Source: an uncultured Pseudomonadota bacterium
GTDB lineage: Bacteria > Pseudomonadota > Alphaproteobacteria > JACZXZ01
Assembly: GCA_963749075.1 (NCBI GenBank)
Contig: CAVVLJ010000021.1
Span: 256,001-320,000 of the forward strand
DNA length: 64,000 bases
Reading direction: 5' to 3'
The notes under the pieces are model-generated. The model saw only the letters and a program-made list of their open reading frames with translations, had not been told where the DNA came from and did no database searches. Positions 32,036-40,902 of the stretch are shown here, in pieces. How positions within the stretch are numbered: the stretch's first letter is position 1; the number at the start of each line of letters is the position of its first letter. The position numbers were made by a program, and so were the translations under genes.

Positions 32036-32986
32036 TCAGCTCGAGAGGGCGGTTGCGGCCGGGCCCGGCTCTTGCACGACCACGACCTCCGTTCGCGGGC
32101 GGGCAAGCCGCAGACCGGCGCTCGAGACGCATGACAGCACCCGCTTGAGCGCGTCGCTTTGCGCCAAGGGGATGTCTGCGAAGTCGGCCACGTAAAACGA
32201 CACGCAGTAGGACGCCGCGCGCTCTCGAATCCCCTCCACCGTGACCTCCGGCGGGGGATCGCTCAGCACGTGCATTGCGTCGAGGACCGCGGCAACGAGG
32301 GCCTCCGCCACCTTGTCCGCGGGACACTCGACGTTGAAGTCGACGGTGATGCTGCTGGGGTGGATCTTCTCGGGCAAGCAGTGGTTGGTGACGCGCGACT
32401 TGGCCATCTGGCTGTTCGGGATGATCGTGATGTCGCCGCTGCGGTCGCGCATCCGCGTGGCCCGCCAGTTGATCTCGATGACTTGACCCTCGCTGGTTCC
32501 CTCGACGGTGATCCAGTCGCCGGCACGGAACGGGCTTTCGATGTTGAGCGCAATTCCCGAGAAAAGATCGGCGAGCGTGCTTTGAAGCGCGAGGCCGAGC
32601 ACCACGGCGACGACGCCCGACGTGGCCAACAACCCCGCAATCGGCTGGTGAAAAGAGAATTTCAGGATGCCGAAGACCGCCGCGAGATAGATCAGGCCCG
32701 CGACGAGATCGGAGAGGATTTTGCGTCTCCTGGGCTGCCCGTCGTAGGGGAAGACGAAGCGATGCAGGACTTGCCTGAGCAGCGTCGCGGCCAGCCAGGC
32801 GGCGAGACACCACCATGCGGCCGTGAGGGCGCCGAGAACGACGTCGCCCGAGCCGGGAACGACATCCTCGATCAGGCGGCGGACATTGCCGCCCTCGAAC
32901 AGAAGGCCGGTGAGCGCGACCAAGGCGGTCGCGCCGATGGCCAGCACGCCGCCGCCCCTCCGTCGACCGATGTCGCGATGATCCAT
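32036..32986 (-). CDS. Small-conductance mechanosensitive channel (MscS family)
   Basis: GLALQSTLADLFSGI, PFRAGDWI, INWRAT and IPNS motifs. Confidence 0.9.
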   Translation of the reverse strand: MDHRDIGRRRGGGVLAIGATALVALTGLLFEGGNVRRLIEDVVPGSGDVVLGALTAAWWCLAAWLAATLLRQVLHRFVFPYDGQPRRRKILSDLVAGLIYLAAVFGILKFSFHQPIAGLLATSGVVAVVLGLALQSTLADLFSGIALNIESPFRAGDWITVEGTSEGQVIEINWRATRMRDRSGDITIIPNSQMAKSRVTNHCLPEKIHPSSITVDFNVECPADKVAEALVAAVLDAMHVLSDPPPEVTVEGIRERAASYCVSFYVADFADIPLAQSDALKRVLSCVSSAGLRLARPRTEVVVVQEPGPAATALSS

Positions 32987-33051
32987 GGCCCAGCCCCAGC
33001 GGACGGGTTCCGCCGATGATGGTAAAGATGCCTGGAGCGCGGCCCTGCGCT

Positions 33052-33065
33052 TTGATTCACGTCAA
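33052..33065. promoter_or_regulatory. FNR/FixK box upstream of mscS
   Basis: TTGAT-TCAC-GTCAA has one mismatch to TTGAT-N4-ATCAA and lies about 70 bp from the start codon. Confidence 0.7.
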
Positions 33066-33336
33066 TCGGCCGTTCTTCCGCCGCCCGCACCGCGCGACGG
33101 GCGCGCTACGCGATGGCAGCCTCAAGCGGGGCCGAAGACGGACGCGCCATGCTTGCTTCTTCGCCGGAATGTCTCGCTATTGTGCGGACTAACCGGGATC
33201 GGCCCAGACAGACCTTAACCTCGCTCAAACACTGCCCGGTCCGTCCTCCGTCAAGCCGCCGGGTCCTATCGCGTCGATGCCGCCGATGCGGCGAGAGCGC
33301 GGCGGGACAACGGACGAGATCGGCAAGCAAGGTCCG

Positions 33337-33897
33337 TCACGCCGCCAGCGTCGGGATGGCGGCGATCTCCTTCTCCAGCGCCTCGCCCGCGCGGGCGAGC
33401 TCGTAGCGCGCCTGCAGGCCGAGCCAGAGCTCGGGCCTGTTGCCGCAGAGCTTGCCCAGGCGGAGCGCCATCGCCGCCGTCACCGGCGCGCGCTCGCCCA
33501 AGATGGCCTGCAGCGTCCTGGGCGTCACGCCGATGAGGCGCGCGATCGCGGCCGCGGGCAGCCCGAAAGCCGGCACCACATCCTCGCGGAGGAGGGCGCC
33601 GGGGTGCCGTGCCGCAGCGAAGTTGCGGCCCGCCTCGCCGCCGCCGTCGAGCTCCTGCCAACGGCCGTGCCCATGGGGCGGCGCTCCGGCTTGCGGCAGC
33701 ACGACCCGGGTGAAGCCGCGCGGGGAGAGCTCCCCCGGCGCCGTGCCGGGCGCGCCGCCGCCGGCAACGTCCTCGGTCACATAGGCGACGAGCGCCGAAG
33801 GGACGAATGCGGGTGCCACGAATGCCTGGCTCGCGCAGGCCTGGGGCCGGAGCCGCAAGCCTTCGGGCGTGGAGTTCATCGCTGTTGCATTCGACAT
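33337..33897 (-). CDS. HigA-family antitoxin/HTH protein with an N-terminal extension
   Basis: HPGALLRED, VTAAMALRLGK..G..PELWLGLQ..Y. AAGGAG lies before ATG 33897. Confidence 0.7.
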   Translation of the reverse strand: MSNATAMNSTPEGLRLRPQACASQAFVAPAFVPSALVAYVTEDVAGGGAPGTAPGELSPRGFTRVVLPQAGAPPHGHGRWQELDGGGEAGRNFAAARHPGALLREDVVPAFGLPAAAIARLIGVTPRTLQAILGERAPVTAAMALRLGKLCGNRPELWLGLQARYELARAGEALEKEIAAIPTLAA

Positions 33898-33934
33898 CTG
33901 TTGTCGCTCCTTCTCTTCGAGTTGGCCGCCGACC

Positions 33935-34168
33935 TCAGCGGCCGGCAAAGGCCAGGAGGAGCACGGCGATCTGCCACACGCCGAGGGCGAAGACGGCGAT
34001 GACGACGAGCTCCGCCACGATCCTCCGTGCCGAGACGCGGGTGCGCTCGAGCGGCTCGCAGCCGCCGCGTGCCGCGGCTGCGTCTGGCGCCGCGGGCGTG
34101 CGGCCCTCCTCCGCCGATTGGCGTGCGGAGGGCGGCGCCGCACGCCGCTTGGCGCCTTCGTCTTCCAC
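33935..34168 (-). CDS. Small hypothetical membrane protein
   Basis: 77 aa with one C-terminal hydrophobic helix. Confidence 0.4.
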   Translation of the reverse strand: MEDEGAKRRAAPPSARQSAEEGRTPAAPDAAAARGGCEPLERTRVSARRIVAELVVIAVFALGVWQIAVLLLAFAGR

Positions 34169-34186
34169 GATAACGCCGCTCCGGCC

Positions 34187-34474
34187 TCAGTGCGGCGTGT
34201 TGCCGAGGTGGCCGGCGATCATGTTGAAGGTCGCGTTCAGATTGGTACCGACCAAGGTCACCGCCACGATGATGGCGACCGCGATCAGCGCCGCGATCAG
34301 GCCGTACTCGATCGCGGTGACTCCGCGCTTGGACTTGAGTGCCAGCGCCGAGGCGAGGCGGCCGGCTAGATGACGCACGGCCGGGGCGGCCTTGGCAAGT
34401 GCTCCCCGACCGCGTGCTGCGAGGTATCCGCCGAGGGCGGCAGGATCGATGCTGCCGCGAAGGGTGTCTTGCAT
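34187..34474 (-). CDS. Flp/Fap type IVb pilin
   Basis: GVTAIEYGLIAALIAVAII. Confidence 0.9.
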   Translation of the reverse strand: MQDTLRGSIDPAALGGYLAARGRGALAKAAPAVRHLAGRLASALALKSKRGVTAIEYGLIAALIAVAIIVAVTLVGTNLNATFNMIAGHLGNTPH

Positions 34475-34654
34475 GGTCGTCTTCCCTCATGGTTGAGAGC
34501 GGGAACGTGTCGGCCCCGGCGCAGCGCAAGGGCGCTTTGCCGAGCCGTGAGGCAGCACACTAGCGGAAGAAAAATAAAACTATGTTACGGATAGGGCACC
34601 GGCTCCTCCGCCGGCCCGTCCCCCTCGCACCTCCCGGGCCGAAGCAGCGCCGCG

Positions 34655-35197
34655 TCACTTTTCCGCCTGCGGCTGGCGCTGGAAGTAAAGCGCCACGCGC
34701 GCCGCGATGTCGTCCGCCACGTAGTTGAGCGCGCGCCGGCGCGCGTCTTCCTTTCCCTCGACGGTGGCGAAGGCGTTGGTCACGTTGCCGAAGCTGTTGA
34801 TGCCCGTGCTCGTGCCGCTCATGACCTGCTTCTTGTCGGCAAGGGAGACCATCTGGTAGATCGCGGTCTCGACGATGCTCGAGCGCTGGGAGAGCCCGGA
34901 AGGATCGATCGCCAAGTCGATCTCGGTCTCGCTCAGCGTCACCTTGACGGCGTAGGCCGGCTTGGCCGGCTTGCCGTCGGGATTGATGCGGTTGAGCAGC
35001 TCGTTGTGCAGCTCCTGTCCCAGGCGGAAGAGATTCACGCCCTGCTGGCCGGGGTAGTCGATCGGCTCGACCCGCACCTGCGACATCTGTTCGCCGACGC
35101 TCGTGCCGTCCGAGCGTTCGGCATAGACCGGCCGAAAGCCGCAGGCGGCCAGGGCAAGCAGGCCGGGAATGAGAAGCGCCGTCTTGTACCAAGCCAT
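34655..35197 (-). CDS. LptE-like LPS-assembly lipoprotein
   Basis: Lipobox [14 protein letters not shown] and C-terminal A..RAL..VADDI..R..LYF. Confidence 0.75.
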   Translation of the reverse strand: MAWYKTALLIPGLLALAACGFRPVYAERSDGTSVGEQMSQVRVEPIDYPGQQGVNLFRLGQELHNELLNRINPDGKPAKPAYAVKVTLSETEIDLAIDPSGLSQRSSIVETAIYQMVSLADKKQVMSGTSTGINSFGNVTNAFATVEGKEDARRRALNYVADDIAARVALYFQRQPQAEK

Positions 35198-35455
35198 CGC
35201 TCACCGCTTCGCTGTCCCTGCGCCCGAGAGCCGCCGCCGGCCCCCTCGCGGGCTGCCACGCTACCCCTCCGAGCCGCGTGCAGCATAGCAAGAAGGGCTT
35301 GCTGCGCCCAGAGCGGCGGCGCTGCAACAGGGCCGCGCGAATCGGCATCTCCCGGCGGTCCCGAGGTATGGGAGGCTTGCAGGCGGTATGCGGGAAGATT
35401 ACAACAATTTGAGGGAAATTGGGCCCCGGCGTCGACCGGGGTGCGAGGGGGGGTA

Positions 35456-37036
35456 ATGCGCACGGCCGAGCGGCTTGACGGAATGGGCAAGACGCTCGCC
35501 TCGCTATCGCAGCCGGTGTTCTTCGCGGGTGCCGACCGGGGAGCGCTGCCGCACCTTACGCTTCACGTAGCACCGGGCGGAAACCGCCGCCGGCTTGCCG
35601 CCGAGGCGGCAGCCGCATTGGCGCGCGCCGGCCTCGCTGCGCGCTGCCGCGTCCGCACCATCGACGAGCGCCGCCTGGCGCGCACGCGGAGCCTCGAGGA
35701 GGTGCTCGCCGCGTTCCGCCACGAGCGCGTGGTCTACGATCCCACGCGCGCGGTGAGCCGGGCCGCGGCACTCCTGCGCTGCACGGAGCGCCTTGGCGCC
35801 GCCTTCGGCGAGGCGCTGCATGGGGCCTATCTCGAGCCGCGGAGCGGCACCCTCTACCTCGCGTTCGGCCGGGACGGCGGCCCGCACGGCGAGCCTCTCG
35901 ACGCCGCGGCGCGCGCCCGCATCGAGGCGCGCGCGGCACGCGTGCTCGCCAATTGGCAGGCGGGCGACGGCGACGCATTCGCGCTCGCGGTCCGCCTCGG
36001 CGAGACGGAGCCGCAAGTGCCCGTCATTCCCGTCGCGCGCAGCGCGCGCCTGGGGCGGCGCTGGCTCAGGCATTTGCGCGGCGGCGGGATTGTCGGCAGC
36101 CTCGCGGCCCTCTTCGGCATCGGCCTTGCCGGGGGCGCCTCGGCGGCCGGACCGGCGGTCTCGGAGCCCAACGGCGAGGTCAGCGCGGAAGGCGGTGCCG
36201 GCGAAGGCTCGGCGCTCGGTTACTTCAGCGGCAGCGGCACGATTCCCGTCTTCGAGAGCTTCGGCGCCCAGCTCGACGCGGCCCTCGGCAAGACCGCCCA
36301 CGACAAGCTGTGGGGCGTCGGCGGGCAGGGCTTCTGGCGCGATCCGGCCCAGGGTCTCCTCGGCGCTTTCGGAGCTCATATCAACCGCGACGGCCTCACG
36401 CTCAACCGCTACGGCGCCGAGGGGGAGGCCTATCTCGGCCAGTTCACCGTCTCCGGCGTTGCCGGATACCAGGACGGCACCGTGCGGCACGGCGGCGTCG
36501 CCCGGCTCACGCTCTCCTGGTACCCGATCGACGATCTGAAGTTCACGGCCGGCGCCGAATACAATCCGACGCGCCCGCTCGGCCTCGCCGGGGTCGAATA
36601 TCAGCTCGGCCTGCAGTCGCTGCCCGGCCTCGCCGTCTTCGCCAACGGCGGCGTATCCGGGCACGGGGCCGAATTCGGCCTCCTCGGCTTGCGCTACTAT
36701 TTCGGCCCGACCAAGAGCCTGATCCGGCGGCATCGCGAGGACGATCCGACCAATACCGTCGAGGACAATCTGCCGGGCATAATCCCGCCATACCAAGCCT
36801 CCCCGACGCCGACGCCGACGCCAACTCCGACGCCAACCCCCACTCCGACGCCGACGCCTACTCCCACGCCGACGCCGGCTCCGACGCCGACCCCGACACC
36901 TACTCCGACGCCGACGCCCACTCCGACGCCAACTCCCACTCCGACGCCGACGCCCACCCCGACGCCCACCCCGACGCCCACCCCCTCGCCGACGCCAACT
37001 CCCACGCCAACCCCGACGCCCACCCCGGAATTATGA
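35456..37036 (+). CDS. Predicted outer-membrane beta-barrel protein with a roughly 200-aa N-terminal domain, an internal signal peptide and a (Pro-Thr)n tail
   Basis: RRWLRHLR + hydrophobic stretch + ASA/A, then Gly/aromatic amphipathic strands ([25 protein letters not shown]), then the PT repeat. Confidence 0.75.
   Translation: MRTAERLDGMGKTLASLSQPVFFAGADRGALPHLTLHVAPGGNRRRLAAEAAAALARAGLAARCRVRTIDERRLARTRSLEEVLAAFRHERVVYDPTRAVSRAAALLRCTERLGAAFGEALHGAYLEPRSGTLYLAFGRDGGPHGEPLDAAARARIEARAARVLANWQAGDGDAFALAVRLGETEPQVPVIPVARSARLGRRWLRHLRGGGIVGSLAALFGIGLAGGASAAGPAVSEPNGEVSAEGGAGEGSALGYFSGSGTIPVFESFGAQLDAALGKTAHDKLWGVGGQGFWRDPAQGLLGAFGAHINRDGLTLNRYGAEGEAYLGQFTVSGVAGYQDGTVRHGGVARLTLSWYPIDDLKFTAGAEYNPTRPLGLAGVEYQLGLQSLPGLAVFANGGVSGHGAEFGLLGLRYYFGPTKSLIRRHREDDPTNTVEDNLPGIIPPYQASPTPTPTPTPTPTPTPTPTPTPTPTPAPTPTPTPTPTPTPTPTPTPTPTPTPTPTPTPTPTPSPTPTPTPTPTPTPEL
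36803..37027 (+). repeat. Coding 6-bp repeat CCN-ACN encoding 75 aa of (PT)n
   Basis: Third codon positions vary freely, with only two non-Thr units (PA, PS). Confidence 0.95.
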
Positions 37037-37157
37037 CGGCTGCCGCCGCGAGGATCGGAGAGAGCCGCGCCGTGCTATAGTGCGGCGGTTGGGCCACGCC
37101 GCCGTGAAGGCTTGACGTTGTCCGAGCGGCAGGTGCGGGCCGGAGCCGGGGAACCAG

Positions 37158-38864
37158 ATGAAGCTGATCTGCTATCTGCATCCGGGATGGCGGCCTCAGG
37201 TCCGTCCCGCCGAGGCGACGCGCGAATGGATGACGAACACGCCGGAGTCCTTCGCCTACCGCTGCCTGCCGCTCAACATCGCCAACGCCCACGGCTGGGA
37301 GGTCCTCTCCGAGTGCGCCTTCGATGCCTGCTGGACGGGCGGCATGACGACGGCCGACGTGGCCATCCGGCTGGCGCCCGACGCCAAGCTCGACATGGCG
37401 CCCGTGTCGCTCTTCGGCCAGGGCGTCCTCACCTTCCATGTCTTCGGGCTGTTCCGCACGCCGCCGGGCTGGAATCTGTGGGTCGGCGGCTCGCCCAACC
37501 GGCCCAAGGACGGCATCTATGCCCTGACCGGCGTGGTGGAGACCGATTGGGCGCCTTACACCTTCACCATGAACTGGCGCTTCACGCGGCCCAACCAGTG
37601 GGTGCATTTCGACGTGGGCGAGCCGATCTGCTTCGTCTTCCCCGTCGGGCGCGCCACGCTCGAGGAGGTGACGCCCGAATTCGTGCCGATGGAGACGGCA
37701 CCGGATGTGATGGGCCAGTTCAAGGAGTGGAGCCGGCTGCGCAACGAGTTCCATGCGCGGATGGCGCGCGAGAGCCCGGTGGCGGGCGCGGAGAAATGGC
37801 AGAAGCACTACTACCGCGGCGTCGACCCGGCGGGCCGGGCGCCGATCGCCGACCATCGCACCAAGCTGCGCCTGGCGCCGTTCCGCCTGGCTGCGGCACC
37901 GGAGGCCGCCGCCGCCCGCGAAGAGCGCGCGCCGGCTCCCGAGCCGCAAGCCGCGCGCGCGGCCGAGCCGGCAGCCGACGACGGGCCGGCCCCGGCCGCC
38001 GCCGGGCACGCGGGCGCGCCGGAGAGCGGTGCGAGCGTCCTTGCGCTGCGCAAGCGCGAGTGGCTGCTCGAGACGATGGAACGCCACCAAGCGCTCACCC
38101 CCGCGACCCGCGAGATCGAGCGGCGCCTCGACCTCGGCCGCGAGGAGTTCCTCGAGCGCTATTACTCAGCCGGCCGGCCCGTCATCCTGGCCGGCGAGAT
38201 GGCCCATTGGCCGGCCCTCTGGCGCTGGACGCCGCCCTATCTCAAGAGCGTGGTCGGCTCGCGGTCCGTCGAATACCAGGGCGGGCGGACGGAGAATCCC
38301 CGCTTCGAGATGGAGAAGGACGGCCACCGCCGCGAGCTGCCGTTCGAGCGCTTCATCGACCTCATCGCCGAGCGCGAGGGCAACGACGCCTACATCACGG
38401 CCTACAACTCGGCGCGCAACAGCGAGTCCCTCGCCTTGCTCCATAGCGATCTCGGCTTCCTCGACAAGTTCCTCGCGCGCGACGTTGCCCAACCCCACGG
38501 CATGATGTGGATCGGCCCGGCGGGAACCGTCACCTCGCTCCATCACGACCTCACCAACAACTTCGTGGCGCAGATCGTCGGGCGCAAGCGGTTCAAGGTC
38601 ATCCCCGCCGCCGAGGTGGGCAAGCTCTACAATCACCGGCACGTGTTCAGCGAGATCGCCGATCTCGACGACCCGGCGATCGACCGCGTGCGTTTTCCCC
38701 GCCTGGCCGGCGCCCGCATCTACGACGTGACGCTCAGTCCCGGCGAGGTCATCTTCCTCCCCATCGGCTGGTGGCATCAGGTGAAGTCGCTCGATTTCAG
38801 CGTCACCATCACCTACACGAACTTCCTGTGGCCGAACGACGCCTACAAGGGCTATCCGGAATAG
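37158..38864 (+). CDS. DUF6065 domain fused to a JmjC/cupin-8 2OG-Fe(II) oxygenase
   Basis: N-terminal REWM..TP..FAYRCLPL.IANAHGW (DUF6065), an Ala/Pro linker, then RPVIL...WPA..RW, T.LHHD, GRKRF and LPIGWWHQV (HxD...H triad). Confidence 0.85.
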   Translation: MKLICYLHPGWRPQVRPAEATREWMTNTPESFAYRCLPLNIANAHGWEVLSECAFDACWTGGMTTADVAIRLAPDAKLDMAPVSLFGQGVLTFHVFGLFRTPPGWNLWVGGSPNRPKDGIYALTGVVETDWAPYTFTMNWRFTRPNQWVHFDVGEPICFVFPVGRATLEEVTPEFVPMETAPDVMGQFKEWSRLRNEFHARMARESPVAGAEKWQKHYYRGVDPAGRAPIADHRTKLRLAPFRLAAAPEAAAAREERAPAPEPQAARAAEPAADDGPAPAAAGHAGAPESGASVLALRKREWLLETMERHQALTPATREIERRLDLGREEFLERYYSAGRPVILAGEMAHWPALWRWTPPYLKSVVGSRSVEYQGGRTENPRFEMEKDGHRRELPFERFIDLIAEREGNDAYITAYNSARNSESLALLHSDLGFLDKFLARDVAQPHGMMWIGPAGTVTSLHHDLTNNFVAQIVGRKRFKVIPAAEVGKLYNHRHVFSEIADLDDPAIDRVRFPRLAGARIYDVTLSPGEVIFLPIGWWHQVKSLDFSVTITYTNFLWPNDAYKGYPE

Positions 38865-38883
38865 GCGGCGGCACCGCCGTTCA

Positions 38884-39013
38884 GCGCAATCGCAGACTGG
38901 CGAAGGATTTCGAGGCCACGATCGACTCCGCACGCGCTTTCCTCTATGCCGCTTCCGTCATGCTCCTGCTGCGCCGGATCGCGAGGCATTCATGACCTTT
39001 GAACCCGACTCCT
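38884..39013 (+). mobile_element. IS5-family (IS1031-like) remnant: transposase C-terminus and right end
   Basis: Translates RNRRLAKDFEATIDSARAFLYAASVMLLLRRIARHS*, followed by CTTTGAACCCGACTCCT. Confidence 0.8.
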
Positions 39014-40623
39014 ACAGGCTCTCCTATACCACTTCTTGGCCATTACCGAATCCCCAGGGTCCCGTCCCTTCGCCCCAAGATGGCGATGCCTCAGCGCGGA
39101 CGCGCTGGCTGGCATACGCAGCGATGGCGTTCCTCATACCCTTTCAACTGCACTACAATTATCTACTCAATGAGTTCTATCATTTCGGCACGCCGTACGG
39201 CGACGGCGATACCATACAACTCGCCCACCTGATGTGGCATAACGGTTGGCGGCTTATGAACCCGCGCGTATTCGGCGATTATTCCTTCTTTCTCCTTCAT
39301 GTTACGCCCTTACTATGGCTTATCAACGGGCTATCCTATGTTCTGCCCACTCACATGGCCGAATTTTATGCGGGCTTCTGCGCAGCCACGTACGCGTTGA
39401 TCGGACTCGCCCTGTTTGACGCATTCAGGCGTCTCGTTCCATCGGTCGGTCCGTGGAAAATTTCCATTCTGGCCGTGCTGGCGATTGGCTTTTCATTCAA
39501 CGAAATCATCATGAGCGGCTTATGGATAACCCACTTTGAATACATGATTCCGCTGGGCATGCTGCTTTTCTTCCTGCATTACGCATGCGAAGACCGATCA
39601 TCCACGATTTTCTTTTTCATCCTCACTTTATTATGCCGGGAAGATGCCGGATTCCATATGGCGGCTGTGCTCGGACTCATCGCCTTGATCAAATACAGAA
39701 AAACCCGTTCCCTACCGGGGATCAAGCGTGAAGCGGTATACATTATTTGCGCCTGCGGCTACAGCCTTCTGGCCTTGTGGGTGCAATCCAGAATGCGAAA
39801 CGCTTACGGCGATATGCTTTTCGATAAATATCCCGACAATCTTACCAGGATCTATACGGGCATTCCGTTCTATGCCCATCTTTCCTGGTCGCTGTTGTGG
39901 GGACGTGCGCAAATCATATTTCAGGAACATATTTCGCTGTGGCTGGGGTTTCTTCTGACCCTGACATGGTCGTGGCGGATGCGCAATCCCTACCTCCCCG
40001 TAGGATTCATCGCCTGCATTCCCTGGTTCCTGCTCAACTGGACGGCAAATGCGGATGCCGCTGGTTATCTCCGCTTTTATTACGCCTTCCCTTTCATTCT
40101 AAGCCTTGGCTGGCCCGTCATCGCCGTCCTGCTGCATTGCGGCCTGCGTCCGCCGCGCTTTGCCGTTCGGGAAACGCTTGTGCTGCAGGGAGCGCTGGTT
40201 GTCATCGGCTTGCTGGCGTGGAACGGCGATACGCATCGCATCGATTTCGGCCCAGCCTATGCGGCCGGCGGAGGCAGTTACCTTATACAGAAGGGAGCGG
40301 AGAATCGCGAACTTGTGAGGGAGTTCATCCTGAAAGTCGATTCCCGCCCGCCGGAACTGGGCGGCGTTTCAATTGACGACAGCATATTATTTCTCAGTAT
40401 GCGGCCTTTCGAAGGCAACCTGCCGCCGGAACCGGAAACCATCGAAAGCGTGATTTATATGCGTTCCGACTCAGGGAGGGTGAATGCCATGCTCAAGCGT
40501 GCGCATGATAATAACCTATCGCATCATTACTGCGTCGTCGGGACTACGATCTGCCTTTTCAGCAACCGCACGATGGCGCAACTCGCCTCTCTCTCGCCAT
40601 TGCTGTCGGAGACCGCGCCCTGA
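38992..40623 (+). CDS. Polytopic membrane protein, DUF2079/GT-C-like glycosyltransferase (lower GC)
   Basis: Many TM helices, a D-containing first loop, F..HVTPLL, HFE and CREDAG. The start is uncertain because it lies in the IS remnant. Confidence 0.65.
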   Translation: MTFEPDSYRLSYTTSWPLPNPQGPVPSPQDGDASARTRWLAYAAMAFLIPFQLHYNYLLNEFYHFGTPYGDGDTIQLAHLMWHNGWRLMNPRVFGDYSFFLLHVTPLLWLINGLSYVLPTHMAEFYAGFCAATYALIGLALFDAFRRLVPSVGPWKISILAVLAIGFSFNEIIMSGLWITHFEYMIPLGMLLFFLHYACEDRSSTIFFFILTLLCREDAGFHMAAVLGLIALIKYRKTRSLPGIKREAVYIICACGYSLLALWVQSRMRNAYGDMLFDKYPDNLTRIYTGIPFYAHLSWSLLWGRAQIIFQEHISLWLGFLLTLTWSWRMRNPYLPVGFIACIPWFLLNWTANADAAGYLRFYYAFPFILSLGWPVIAVLLHCGLRPPRFAVRETLVLQGALVVIGLLAWNGDTHRIDFGPAYAAGGGSYLIQKGAENRELVREFILKVDSRPPELGGVSIDDSILFLSMRPFEGNLPPEPETIESVIYMRSDSGRVNAMLKRAHDNNLSHHYCVVGTTICLFSNRTMAQLASLSPLLSETAP

Positions 40624-40902
40624 CGGGCATTCTTGGCAAGACACCGGCCATTGCAATGGCAATCATGAACGGCGTCTTGCGGCGGGGCGAAGGCCCAGAG
40701 GATGCAGAGTGCGCCAGGCGGCGAAGATGACGACGGCGGCGCGCTGGCGCACCCTGAGCCAGCCGTGGAGGCACGCGGGGAAGGCCGGAACGCCGCACCA
40801 CGTGTCGAGCGGGTTGCCGAATGAGGGCGCCGCGGCGGCCGCGAAGCCCCGGCCTCCTGGCAAGGGCCGCGAAAGGGGGCTATCGTTGCCGGCAGGCATC
40901 CC

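Noticed and set aside
36697-37023. (Gly-Val)n ORF on the minus strand
   Set aside because: It is the antisense shadow of the Pro-Thr repeat.
36803-37027. CRISPR array or non-coding satellite
   Set aside because: It has a 6-bp period, no spacers, lies in frame within a CDS, and no cas genes are present. No CRISPR array was seen anywhere in the window.
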